64,000 nt of DNA, taken from the NCBI GenBank assembly GCA_024405635.1, contig JAKSOL010000001.1:32001-96000 (forward strand), given 5' to 3'. Below the pieces are notes generated by a model. That model saw only the letters and a program-made list of their open reading frames with translations, was not told the origin of the DNA and did no database searches. A program made the translations under genes and the position numbers. The stretch comes from Salinivirgaceae bacterium. GTDB lineage: Bacteria; Bacteroidota; Bacteroidia; Bacteroidales; SZUA-534. Positions 50,401 to 59,607 of the stretch are shown piece by piece (the stretch's first letter is position 1; each line of letters starts with the position of its first letter).

Positions 50401-53400
50401 GTGTGGTCGATGGCGGTAAACAATCAAACGGTTCCGATTTTGTTAGTTATGTGTGGAAGTGCGACGGTGCTCAGGTTTCAACAAACCGTAAAATAAACGG
50501 TGTGTCTTTTGCCGATGGAACCGACCGCAAAACTTACACTATTGAAGTACAAAACAGCAACAATTGTATTTCGCGCGACACCATTGTGGTAATCAATTCG
50601 GTGCGTAATATTGGCGTGTCGGCAGTTGAAGGCCTTACCAACAATGGCTCTATTTGTATTAACAAATTAAACAACGAGGTAACCGTTACAATTACCAACT
50701 TCTCAAATCGCGAAGACCTTCGTGTGGGCGAAACATTGGGCGTTGGTTACATTTTGTACGACGAAGAAGGCCACGAACAAAAAACTGTTGAAACGGTTCA
50801 AGTTCCAGGCACAATTGGCTATAACCAAAGTTTCCGATACAAATTCACCAACAAACTGAATTTTATTACCAGCGGAGAGCAAAAGGTAAAATTCTTTACA
50901 GTGGTTGAGGCTGATATTCAGTACGATAACGACACCACAACGCTCAATATGACAGTTAATCCTGTGCCAGTAGTAAACTTGGGCTCTCGTTATTGGCAAG
51001 TAGCCGATCCTACTACCATTACACTCGATGCCACCAACGATTTCCCTTGTACCTACGTTTGGCAAGACGGATCAACCAACCCAACATTAAGTATTACCAA
51101 TCCAGCCTCGGCTCACTATGAAGTACGCGTAACCGATTCGCACAATTGTGCCACAGTTTTAGGTCAAACCGATATTAAAACCGACGATTGGCAAGTGGTT
51201 GAAATTACTTCGCCAACCGATATTTGTGCCCCCGAAAGTGACATTGCAGTGTCGTTTATTTTGAAAAACAATAGTGCCAATGTTTATTCTTCTAGCACCA
51301 CATTAAAAGCCGATGTAATATTTGGAACAAAAAATTTCAGCGAGCAATTTGCTTTGCCTGACAATGTTGGTGCATACGAGGAAATTGAATGCACGTTAAG
51401 TACCACCAAAGTTGATATGTCAAGCATTGGAGCTTATAACATAAAACTCACCATTACTCCAAACTTCGACATCGACCGTACAAACAACCAAATTTTCGAA
51501 ACGGTAAACTTGTGGGAGGTGAAAGACGTTGACCTTGGCGATCCTATAATTTACACTCACCGTGCCGATACCATTACTCTTGATGCAGGCGCAGGTTGGG
51601 CTAGTTATAGTTGGAATGGTGGCCAGTCTGCTGCCCAAACATTTACCATACCTAGCAACGAAGATGCTTCGTATTATGTCGAGGTTGAAGATATTCATGG
51701 TTGTCAGGGCTCTTTTGCACAAGTCGATATTGTTACTACCGATATTTATGTAGAAGAAATTTTGTCGCCAACTACATCGTGCGACATTGCTGGAATTAGC
51801 ACCATTAAATTGCGCATTCGCAACAACGGTATGAGCGCTATTTTGCCAGACACCGAACTGTCTTTTAAATTTACAATTGATAACGGAGTAGAGCAGAGCG
51901 AAACGTTTGTTTTAACCGAAGGCCTTGATTCTTGTGCAACTGCCATTGCCTTTTTCAATCACAACCTTAATCTAAATGCCAACTACGAGCACTCGTTCAA
52001 AATTCGTCTCGATTGGGACGAAGATCACTTCGTTGACAACAACTCGCTATCAACTCAAATTAAGCAATATCAACACCCAGAGTCATTTAACTTGGGCGAC
52101 GATATGTACACTTCTCGCCCCGATACTTTGCATTATTCGTTGCCTAGCGGATATGTAAACTATATGTGGAGTCATGGCGAGCAAACCGCAGACGTTACCT
52201 TGCCATACACCGCTTCAACTCAATATTGGGCGCGTATCAGCAACGAGTATGGCTGCGTTTCAACCGACACATTCAACATTTACACTCACGACGTTGCGCT
52301 TAACATAACTGAAGGTGCAGTTGCACACTGCGAACCTTTTGAAGGTGAAACCGTTAAAGGCCAAATTGTAATGGAGTCGCTTGACGAAATTGACGAAACA
52401 ACATCCTTTATTGTAACCTTTAGTGTAAATGGCTACACCGATAGCAAGACTATTACAGCTCCTAGTATTTCGCACACCGAGCCAGTTGACTTTAGTTTTG
52501 ATGTGCCAATAACCTTACCTGAAATTGGCAACTACCAATTAACCACAAGCGTTGAAATGCTTGGTCATCGCGACGTTAACCTTGCAAACAATAACCAAGA
52601 GTCGGAAGTGCGAGTTGGCGCTTACCCTTTACCATTGCTCGATAAGGTTAAAACATACAACCAACTATCAGAAGGCTACGTAATTGATGCAGGTCCTAAT
52701 TTCGTAAGTTTCGATTGGAGTGTTAGCGGTGAACACTCGCAACAACTAACCATCCACGAAACAGGAACATACAGCGTTACAGCAACCGACAATAATGGTT
52801 GCCAAACAACAGGCAAAACTTTTGTGTTCTTTGCCGAACCAAAATTCGAGATAACCGACCTTTATCAGTTTAACGACATGTGTAGCACAACCGACCCAGT
52901 TTCGGTTGGTTTCTTGCTGGCAAACTCGGGTAACGACACATTGTATGTTGGTAGCAAAATAGACATTGCATATACCATTGGCGCAAATGCTACAATTAAC
53001 GAGCAATATGAAGTAACTACCGATATCTTACCAAAAGACACAATTCCTGTAGTGTTTAAAACTAAAGCCGATTTTAGCACCGCAAACGAAAGTGGCTATT
53101 TGGTTAATATCGAAGCATCGGTTGAGGGCGCAGCAAGCGTTTCGCGACCTGTTATGATTCACGTTTGGCAACTCCCTAAAGTTGAACTCATTGAGGTGGT
53201 TAACGACAAAGATGGCGAACTCCTAACTCGTAACGTATCAACATTGAAATCAAGTTTCGAAATGGGAACCTCAGGAGTGTTTAACACCTATTTGTGGAGC
53301 AATAAATCAACCGGACAAACTCTAACCGTTGACAAAAGCGGCACTTATTGGGTTACTGCAACCAACCAACATGGATGTAGAGCTGCCGATACCGTTGACC

Positions 53401-54236
53401 TCCACTTTATTCCTCCAACTGTGGCCATTATCGATATGAAAGCACCAAACTCGGTTTGTGGCAGCATCGACAACCAAACAGTAAGCGTGGTTATTATGAA
53501 CAATGGCGAAAAAGTTGTTGATGCTGGAACCGACATCCATCTACATTACATTGTTGACAAGTATGCCGATGTTTCAGAAGACTTGACTCTTAAATCCGAT
53601 TTTGTTTATGGTGCAAGCATAAACTACGACTTTAAAAATAAACTAACCATTGCCGAATCGGGCGACTATGCAGTCAAATTCATCTTAACAATAGGCGACG
53701 AAACAAAAGATACAAGCATATACAACTTGAGCGCTTATCCAGTGCCTGAATTTACTTTCCCACATGCCGAAATTAAGTCGAAAGAGTCTCCTTACACCAT
53801 TGAGGCCCCAAAATCGGCAGTTTCCGACGTGGCTTACCTTTGGAGCACTGGAGCAACATCAAACAGCATAAGTGTATTTGGCTCTGGTAAATACGAACTT
53901 ACACTTACCACTCCACAAGGATGTAGCTTTACAAGTTCGGTGTCGTTTGTTTTAGAAAACAACCAAGGCATTGACGACGATAACATTTCAGAAGTGCAAA
54001 TTCAAATGGTGAAACTATATCCAGTACCTGCGCGAAACTTGCTTAACGTAAATTTGCCACATCAATTGCAAGGTTCAAACTTGGTAATAATGAATTCAGC
54101 AGGAATGGTTATTAGCAAAATTGATGCAGCTGAAATGGTAAATACTATTGACGTTAGCAATTGGGCTCAAGGCGTTTACTTCTTGAATTTGGAAAACAAC
54201 CAAGGTTCAGCAACATTCAAATTCATTGTTCAATAA
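47451..54236 (+). CDS. 2261-aa T9SS-secreted surface protein (adhesin-like)
   Basis: Signal peptide; three jelly-roll-like units (EDFE...IDD-type motifs); a BNR-associated-N-like segment; repeated CARDB-like and Y.WS.G...Y.VT....GC Ig modules; type A CTD (LYPVPA..LNV...GVYFL...KFIVQ). Confidence 0.88.
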   Translation: MKKFFLSVLMLATIGVSAQTVFFQEDFENGGSRPDGWTEEYVSNGNEHLSWTYQNGGTKPAGAYAEPIPSSAHGGNYNAFFYRRSLGYTQETYLVSPTIDLEFAHKPMLVFYYSLMASQLTIEDKADCFTFSLCYRVLDGTSKKWVELKEYSDMTTEMYPWRGDSIYLPDTLCKYRQVQIAFLGKTKVMGLGVCIDDIKIIETQVVNKYIENVYASQPNVNVVPTGSKDNPVLRLRFPVMGNDNKLMLQKLTVNALMQTKDAVPANGVKIYHTTTEYFSTNTLLGTASIVNGKAVFNNINYDLPYGNSYVWVACDVKQDNNHELKGYNIDFSVDANAIAINGINYPSSELNPTGQRTINESILINDFEESIAGWTFTGEFEWSEAKGLGSGSTGAKDPSYAHSGKKMIGTDISGLGTYPGDYELGIEGAGYKAVTPELNCYHYKDISLMFYRWFNVSFGDSATIDVSLDNGTTWNPLWENAVYISERDWSFHKISLGKFADRAPSVKLRFTLGPTGELMHLSGWNIDDVAVVGTFVYVDAAVTAINSPIDDCGLSSAEEVSVTIKNTGYSNISSSYKVSYSLDGKDWVTETVNHPLVRDEEFVYTFSKKADFSALGNHNLTVRVELPDDEYAKNDEVSTVIRSIPYFELPYAEEFEENDGYWRNIGNSTTWQYGRPTGDNISSAYKSNKCWFTKPANGYEANNVVYLESPCFNFSNVQRPMMSFAITGHSIENQDGVAVYYTTDNGRTWTLLPAGVEYSKLHWYNKSTNISALGSSGFSGTFGWTYIEQLLPVELAGKSAVKFRIMFATGAAKTTTQKIENGDGEEDDEYVDVIVPYDGFAIDNFKVFECPVDAGVLAITSPTSDCYLSKQQQISVSIKNYGIRAITPADTLSAAVELGSKVFHQKFFASTNIPVGQSATFTFDTTFNMYDKKTYNIVAYTELYGDTLLFSTINNDQATAQVSVLGEPAYTLGPDIGTLDPATCVVDGGKQSNGSDFVSYVWKCDGAQVSTNRKINGVSFADGTDRKTYTIEVQNSNNCISRDTIVVINSVRNIGVSAVEGLTNNGSICINKLNNEVTVTITNFSNREDLRVGETLGVGYILYDEEGHEQKTVETVQVPGTIGYNQSFRYKFTNKLNFITSGEQKVKFFTVVEADIQYDNDTTTLNMTVNPVPVVNLGSRYWQVADPTTITLDATNDFPCTYVWQDGSTNPTLSITNPASAHYEVRVTDSHNCATVLGQTDIKTDDWQVVEITSPTDICAPESDIAVSFILKNNSANVYSSSTTLKADVIFGTKNFSEQFALPDNVGAYEEIECTLSTTKVDMSSIGAYNIKLTITPNFDIDRTNNQIFETVNLWEVKDVDLGDPIIYTHRADTITLDAGAGWASYSWNGGQSAAQTFTIPSNEDASYYVEVEDIHGCQGSFAQVDIVTTDIYVEEILSPTTSCDIAGISTIKLRIRNNGMSAILPDTELSFKFTIDNGVEQSETFVLTEGLDSCATAIAFFNHNLNLNANYEHSFKIRLDWDEDHFVDNNSLSTQIKQYQHPESFNLGDDMYTSRPDTLHYSLPSGYVNYMWSHGEQTADVTLPYTASTQYWARISNEYGCVSTDTFNIYTHDVALNITEGAVAHCEPFEGETVKGQIVMESLDEIDETTSFIVTFSVNGYTDSKTITAPSISHTEPVDFSFDVPITLPEIGNYQLTTSVEMLGHRDVNLANNNQESEVRVGAYPLPLLDKVKTYNQLSEGYVIDAGPNFVSFDWSVSGEHSQQLTIHETGTYSVTATDNNGCQTTGKTFVFFAEPKFEITDLYQFNDMCSTTDPVSVGFLLANSGNDTLYVGSKIDIAYTIGANATINEQYEVTTDILPKDTIPVVFKTKADFSTANESGYLVNIEASVEGAASVSRPVMIHVWQLPKVELIEVVNDKDGELLTRNVSTLKSSFEMGTSGVFNTYLWSNKSTGQTLTVDKSGTYWVTATNQHGCRAADTVDLHFIPPTVAIIDMKAPNSVCGSIDNQTVSVVIMNNGEKVVDAGTDIHLHYIVDKYADVSEDLTLKSDFVYGASINYDFKNKLTIAESGDYAVKFILTIGDETKDTSIYNLSAYPVPEFTFPHAEIKSKESPYTIEAPKSAVSDVAYLWSTGATSNSISVFGSGKYELTLTTPQGCSFTSSVSFVLENNQGIDDDNISEVQIQMVKLYPVPARNLLNVNLPHQLQGSNLVIMNSAGMVISKIDAAEMVNTIDVSNWAQGVYFLNLENNQGSATFKFIVQ

Positions 54237-54243
54237 ACTGAAT

Positions 54244-54996
54244 ATGGCGCGCTACTTTTTGGTACTCGATTACAACGGAACCAACTTTTTTGGCTGGCAG
54301 CGGCAACCAAAACAAATAACTGTGCAAGGTTGTATTGAGCAAGCCTTGTCAACCTTGTTGCACCAACCAACTGAGGTTACTGGTTGTGGCCGCACCGACA
54401 CAGGTGTGCATGCAGTTAATTACGTTGCACATTTTGATGCCGAACAAACCAACCTTCACACCGATAGTAAATTCTTGTATCAACTTAATAGCATGCTGCC
54501 ATATCATATTTGCATCAAACGCATATCGCCAGTTCCGACCGAAGCGCATGCAAGGTTTGATGCAACTTGCCGCACATATAAATATTATCTCACAACACGA
54601 AAAGACCCGTTTCGGCTCGATTTTGCAATGCTGCAACGTGGTAGCAACGTGCCAAATATCGAATTGATGAACCAAGCTGCCGAACATTTGTTGCACATCA
54701 ACGATTTTGCAAGTTTCTGCAAAGCCGGTAGCGACATTAAAACCACACTTTGTGAAGTGAGCGTGGCACATTGGGAACAACAAGGCGATTTGCTAGTGTT
54801 TACAATAAGAGCCAATCGTTTTTTGCGAAACATGGTGCGTGCAGTAGTTGGAACATTACTCGAAGTAGGTACAGGCAAAATATCGGTTAACGATTTTTAC
54901 AACATTGTTGAAAGCCATAACCGAGGCTGTGCAGGCACCTCTGCCGATGCAAAAGGACTTTTTTTAGTTGACATTAAATACCCTTACGAATATTAG
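54244..54996 (+). CDS. truA: tRNA pseudouridine(38-40) synthase
   Basis: YNGTNFFGWQ, GRTDTGVHA, HARFDA and FLRNMVR. Confidence 0.96.
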   Translation: MARYFLVLDYNGTNFFGWQRQPKQITVQGCIEQALSTLLHQPTEVTGCGRTDTGVHAVNYVAHFDAEQTNLHTDSKFLYQLNSMLPYHICIKRISPVPTEAHARFDATCRTYKYYLTTRKDPFRLDFAMLQRGSNVPNIELMNQAAEHLLHINDFASFCKAGSDIKTTLCEVSVAHWEQQGDLLVFTIRANRFLRNMVRAVVGTLLEVGTGKISVNDFYNIVESHNRGCAGTSADAKGLFLVDIKYPYEY

Positions 54997-54997
54997 T

Positions 54998-55366
54998 ATG
55001 AAAACGTTTCTTACAATTACCTTGCTCGTGTTGAGCAACACTTTTATGACCTTTGCGTGGTATGGCCACCTTAAGTTCAAAGAAATGAAATGGTTTAGTG
55101 CGCTACCATTGGTTGCTGTAATTCTCATTAGTTGGGGAATAGCACTATTTGAGTACTTCTGTCAAGTGCCTGCCAATCGCATTGGTTTTCGCGAAAACGG
55201 TGGACCTTTTTCGTTGGTTGAACTTAAAGTCATTCAAGAAGTTATAACACTTACTATCTTCACCATTTTTACATTGGTGTTTTTTAAAACCGAAACATTT
55301 CGTCTCAATCACCTAATTGGTTTTGTATTCCTTATTCTTGCAGTTTATTTCATTTTTAAGAAATAG
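54998..55366 (+). CDS. DMT-superfamily membrane protein (DUF486-like)
   Basis: SNTFMTFAWYGHLK, SWGIALFEY..QVPANRIG and LKVIQEVITL. Confidence 0.88.
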   Translation: MKTFLTITLLVLSNTFMTFAWYGHLKFKEMKWFSALPLVAVILISWGIALFEYFCQVPANRIGFRENGGPFSLVELKVIQEVITLTIFTIFTLVFFKTETFRLNHLIGFVFLILAVYFIFKK

Positions 55367-55388
55367 GCAGTAGAATTACAAAAGGCAT

Positions 55389-55427
55389 AAAAAAAGCGAG
55401 AATCTTTTTTCAAGGTCCTCGCTTTTT
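55389..55427. terminator. Bidirectional terminator
   Basis: AAAAAGCGAG...CTCGCTTTTT between convergent genes. Confidence 0.7.
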
Positions 55428-55447
55428 ATTTTGTACAATTTTAAGAC

Positions 55448-55951
55448 TTATCTTGCAAATTTATCAAGGTCGCTAGCCATTTGCAATTTGTGAGCTGTTA
55501 CGTTGTCTTTTCTAATCTCAATTTTAATCTTATCGTCTTGAACGTAAAAATTAATAGCCGAACCTTTTTCAAGTGAACCAGTACGTTCAGTAACAATCAA
55601 TGTGCTAGCATCAGCCACAAGACCTGTTGCTTTTTCCATGTTTGCAGCATTGCTTACACCAGTTCCTAAAAACAAAATGTGGCATTTTGAAATTTCGTCA
55701 ACGGTTTTCACTTTTCTAATAACAATATCTTGCATACCCAATTTTTTACCTGTTGTAATGGTTGTCAATTGTGATGCAAGTTCATTGTGGTTAACAACAC
55801 ATATAACAAAATCGCCATTCTTGTCTGCCGATGGCCAGTTTATTTGTTTAGTGAAGTTATAGATAAACAGCGCCTTGTATTTCGCATCTTGAGCCTCTAC
55901 GCACAGAGCGAATAGGAAAACGCTCGCAATGGTTAGAAGTATTCTTTTCAT
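55448..55951 (-). CDS. YfiR-family periplasmic protein
   Basis: Signal peptide, KALFIYNFTKQINWP, CHILF and INF. Confidence 0.85.
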   Translation of the reverse strand: MKRILLTIASVFLFALCVEAQDAKYKALFIYNFTKQINWPSADKNGDFVICVVNHNELASQLTTITTGKKLGMQDIVIRKVKTVDEISKCHILFLGTGVSNAANMEKATGLVADASTLIVTERTGSLEKGSAINFYVQDDKIKIEIRKDNVTAHKLQMASDLDKFAR

Positions 55952-56261
55952 ATTCGTATAGTTTGTGGTTTGTGATAGTGTTGCTAAAATATGTATTAAA
56001 ACTATTCACAATGCATTGTTAAGAAGTTTTTTTTGTTAAAAAGAACTTTTTTGTAGCAATAATTTGTTCAATAATGACATTTGTCATTAAAATATGTCAC
56101 CTATTTGCATAATAGATAAATAGACCTATTGTACAAACGACAAATGTTATTGCATAGTTACTATGCTAGCTAATGGTTAAAGTTTTTTGATGCGAAAGGT
56201 GCTAATATCAAAAATTCATTGAATAAACCTTTTTACTTTTGTGCCGCTAAAATCAATGTAG

Positions 56262-57692
56262 ATGGAAGTAGGCAATTTGCTCAACAACGATATTTTTAAA
56301 GCAGTTTCGACCATTTTGGGGCAACGCAATCAGCAAGCTTTTGTAATTGGAGGTTTTGTGCGTGATTGGAAATTGGGACGCCCATCAAACGATATCGATA
56401 TAGTTACTGTTGGTAGTGGAATTGAATTGGCTACTGAAGTGGCTGCATACCTTGGCAAAAAAGTGCATCGCAACATTAAAGTGTCGGTGTTTAAAAACTT
56501 TGGCACAGCCATGTTTAAGTTCAATAATATTGAGGTTGAATTTGTTGGTGCACGTAAAGAATCGTATAACCGAAATTCGCGCAAGCCTATTGTTGAAGAT
56601 GGCACTTTAGAGGATGACCAATGTCGTCGCGATTTTACCATAAATGCACTAGCCCTCAACTTACATCCCGACCATTATGGCGAATTGATTGACCCATTTG
56701 GTGGAATTCAGGACTTGGAAAATAAAATTATTCGCACTCCTCTTGACCCCGATACCACATACTCTGACGACCCGTTGCGAATGTTGCGAGCCATAAGGTT
56801 TGCTACTCAACTCAATTTTATGATTGAAGACGAGTCGTTTGCCGCCATTGAGCGTAATAAAGAGCGAATAAAAATTATTTCGCAAGAGCGTGTTATTGAG
56901 GAGTTTAATAAAATTATGCTTTCGCCGCAGCCGTCAGTGGGCATAAAGTTGCTTCAAAAAGTAGGGTTGCTTGCCATAGTTTTTCCTCAAATAGAGGCTC
57001 TTAAAGGTGTTGAGGTTATTGATGGTTGCCGACATAAAGACAATTTTTATCACACAATTGAGGTGCTTGATAATGTTTGCCGAACTTCTAACGACATTTG
57101 GCTTCGTTGGGCAGCATTGTTGCACGATGTGGGTAAACCAGTAACAAAAAAATATATTAAAGATCAGGGGTGGACTTTTCGTGGTCACGAATTTGTTGGC
57201 AGTAAAATGGTTCCACAAATCTTTAAACAGTTGAAACTTCCACTAAATGAGAAGATGAAGTATGTGCAAAAAATGGTGTTGTTGCACATGCGCCCAATTG
57301 TTTTGGCCGAAGATATTGTGACCGATAGCGCAGTTCGTCGGTTGTTGTTTGAGGCTGGCGACGATATTGACGACCTAATGTTGTTGTGCGATGCCGATAT
57401 TACTTCAAAAAATCCCGAAAAGGTTAGTCGTTACCTTGATAACTACCAACTTGTGCGAAGAAAATTGGTAGAGGTAGAGGAAAAAGATCGGGTGCGGAAC
57501 TGGCAACCTCCTATTACTGGCGAAATGATTATTGAAACATTTAAGTTGTCGCCATGTAGGGCTATTGGTGATATAAAAAACGCAATAAAAGAGGCTATTC
57601 TTGATGGAGAGATTGAAAATTCGTACGAGGCTGCTTATGCGTTTATGCTTGAAAAAGGGCAAGAAATGGGCCTTAAAGTGGGGGGCAAATAG
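56262..57692 (+). CDS. CCA-adding tRNA nucleotidyltransferase / poly(A) polymerase family with HD domain
   Basis: GGFVRD..LG...[22 protein letters not shown] and LLHDVGK. Confidence 0.92.
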   Translation: MEVGNLLNNDIFKAVSTILGQRNQQAFVIGGFVRDWKLGRPSNDIDIVTVGSGIELATEVAAYLGKKVHRNIKVSVFKNFGTAMFKFNNIEVEFVGARKESYNRNSRKPIVEDGTLEDDQCRRDFTINALALNLHPDHYGELIDPFGGIQDLENKIIRTPLDPDTTYSDDPLRMLRAIRFATQLNFMIEDESFAAIERNKERIKIISQERVIEEFNKIMLSPQPSVGIKLLQKVGLLAIVFPQIEALKGVEVIDGCRHKDNFYHTIEVLDNVCRTSNDIWLRWAALLHDVGKPVTKKYIKDQGWTFRGHEFVGSKMVPQIFKQLKLPLNEKMKYVQKMVLLHMRPIVLAEDIVTDSAVRRLLFEAGDDIDDLMLLCDADITSKNPEKVSRYLDNYQLVRRKLVEVEEKDRVRNWQPPITGEMIIETFKLSPCRAIGDIKNAIKEAILDGEIENSYEAAYAFMLEKGQEMGLKVGGK

Positions 57693-58232
57693 TTAATTGT
57701 CAATATATTCTTCTTCGTTGCCTTTATACCACTCGGCAAAGTCGATATAGTGGTTGGCCGATTTGGTAATCATTGCTTCGCATTGTGCGGGCGAAAGGTC
57801 TTTTACTTTTTTTGCAGGAACTCCAGCATATACACTATTTGCCTCAAGTACAGTTCTTCCTAACACTAAGGCTCCAGCGGCAACAATTACGTTTGAGTTT
57901 ACAACAGCATTGTCAAGTATGGTTGATCCCATGCCAATCAAAACATTGTCTTTTACTGTTGCTCCATGAACAGTGGCGTTGTGGCCAATGGTTACGTTGT
58001 TGCCAATAATGGTTTGCGATGTTTTAAAACTACCATGAATCACAGCCCCATCTTGAATGTTTGTGCAGTTGCCAATGCGTATTCCGCTAACGTCGCCGCG
58101 CAAAACTGCTCCGTACCAAATGCTGCAGTTGTCGCCGGTTTCAACATCGCCAATTACAACGGCAGTTTCTGCTAAAAAATTGTTTTTGCCTAGTTTTGGT
58201 TTTACGCCATTCAGTGTTCTTATAAGTGCCAT
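57693..58232 (-). CDS. Gamma carbonic anhydrase family protein
   Basis: Hexapeptide repeats, LRGD, NIQDGAVIH and GHNATVHG. Confidence 0.9.
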   Translation of the reverse strand: MALIRTLNGVKPKLGKNNFLAETAVVIGDVETGDNCSIWYGAVLRGDVSGIRIGNCTNIQDGAVIHGSFKTSQTIIGNNVTIGHNATVHGATVKDNVLIGMGSTILDNAVVNSNVIVAAGALVLGRTVLEANSVYAGVPAKKVKDLSPAQCEAMITKSANHYIDFAEWYKGNEEEYIDN

Positions 58233-58309
58233 AATTGTTAGTTTCTTTTGGCTCAAAAGTGCACAATTATCTTTTGCGTTTCAATAGCAAATGTTGGTTG
58301 TTGGGGAAT

Positions 58310-58341
58310 AAAAAACGCCCGAATTAGTGTTCGAGCGTTTT
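58310..58341 (-). terminator. Terminator downstream of the pseudouridine synthase
   Basis: AAAACGCCCGAA-loop-TTCGAGCGTTTT. Confidence 0.65.
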
Positions 58342-58361
58342 GTGTTAACTTATGCAAATGT

Positions 58362-59570
58362 TTATTTGTAAGTGCCTCGTTTTAGCATAATTACTTCTTT
58401 TTCTTCCAAAAAGCGCCATTTGCCGCGTGGAAGATTCTTTTTTGTTAAACCGGCATAGTAAACGCGGTCAAGTTTTTTCACTTTGTAGCCAAGTGCTTCA
58501 AACATGCGGCGTACAATGCGGTTGCGGCCACTGTGGATTAAAATTCCAACTTCGGTTTTGTCGCCTGGAGTGCAATATTCAAGGTCGTCGGCTTGGGCTG
58601 GACCATCTTCAAGAGTAATGCCGTTTAGTAGTTTTTCAATGTCGGCCTCGCTAACAGCGTGGTCAAGCGTTACTTGGTAAATTTTTTGTTTGTTGTAGCG
58701 AGGGTGCGACAATTGTTCGGCTAATTCGCCATCGTTGGTTAGTAGTAGCAAACCTGTTGTCGATTTGTCAAGTCGGCCAACTGGAAAAACTCTTCCATGT
58801 CCTGCGTTGCCAATAAGGTCCATCACTGTTTTGTCGGCATGAGGGTCGTCAAGTGTGGTAACGTAGTCTTTTGGTTTGTTTAGCAAAATGTAGGTTTTCT
58901 TTTCGGGCATTAGTGGTGCGTCGTTAAACTTCACTATATCGCCATAGTAAACTTTAGTTGCTAGTTCGGTTACAATTTTTCCGTTTATTGAAATAACACC
59001 AGCGGTTATGTATTTTTCAGCATCGCGACGGCTGCACACTCCAGCATTTGCAATGTAGCGGTTAAGGCGTATGCCTTCTGGGTCGCTCATTGTTACTGCG
59101 GCATTTTGTGAGCGTGTTGGTTTGTCTTGTATAATGTCGGTTAACTTGTTTTCAAATTTTTTGGTGTTAAATGATTTTCTTTCACCATCGTTTTTGCTTC
59201 CAAAACGAGGTTTGCGGTCGGTTTTTTCGCCAAAACGAGGTTTGCGGTCAGTTCTTTCGCCAAAGCGAGGTTTACGGTCAGAGTCGTTGGCAAAGCGAGG
59301 TTTGCGTTCGCCTTCGGTTCTGTCGCCAAAGCGTTTTGTTTGAGCGCCAGATTTTTTCTCAAAAGAGTGGCGGCTGAAATGTTTTTGACCTTGTTCGTCG
59401 GTTTCAAACGATTTGTGTCCAAACGATTTGCGTGGACGTTCTCCGTCAGAGTCATCGCGACGTGGACGGGCTGAGTGACTTGGTTTTCGGTCGGAGCTAC
59501 GGCCAAAACTTCTTCCTTCTTGGTTGCCGCCTTGGCGTGATGCTCTGCGGCTGTTGTTTGAATATTGCAT
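58362..59570 (-). CDS. rluB: RluB/RsuA-family rRNA pseudouridine synthase with a long basic N-terminal extension
   Basis: S4 domain RLNRYIANAGVCSRR and catalytic VGRLD. The ATG at 59570 is supported by a TACTTTTG box at 59593-59600. Confidence 0.85.
   Translation of the reverse strand: MQYSNNSRRASRQGGNQEGRSFGRSSDRKPSHSARPRRDDSDGERPRKSFGHKSFETDEQGQKHFSRHSFEKKSGAQTKRFGDRTEGERKPRFANDSDRKPRFGERTDRKPRFGEKTDRKPRFGSKNDGERKSFNTKKFENKLTDIIQDKPTRSQNAAVTMSDPEGIRLNRYIANAGVCSRRDAEKYITAGVISINGKIVTELATKVYYGDIVKFNDAPLMPEKKTYILLNKPKDYVTTLDDPHADKTVMDLIGNAGHGRVFPVGRLDKSTTGLLLLTNDGELAEQLSHPRYNKQKIYQVTLDHAVSEADIEKLLNGITLEDGPAQADDLEYCTPGDKTEVGILIHSGRNRIVRRMFEALGYKVKKLDRVYYAGLTKKNLPRGKWRFLEEKEVIMLKRGTYK
59201..59320 (-). 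repeat. Four imperfect 30-bp tandem repeats encoding RKPRFxxxxD
   Basis: CAAA(A/G)CGAGGTTT(G/A)CG at 59201, 59231, 59261 and 59291. Confidence 0.85.
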
Positions 59571-59607
59571 TTTGTTTTTGTTTATAGGGCCGCAAAAGTA
59601 AGTAAAA

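Noticed and set aside
56073-56090. Palindrome TAATGACATTTGTCATTA between yfiR and the CCA-enzyme gene
   Set aside because: A possible operator, but it is AT-rich and single-copy, and I cannot assign a regulator.
59201-59320. 30-bp periodic repeats as a CRISPR array
   Set aside because: They are in-frame coding repeats without unique spacers.
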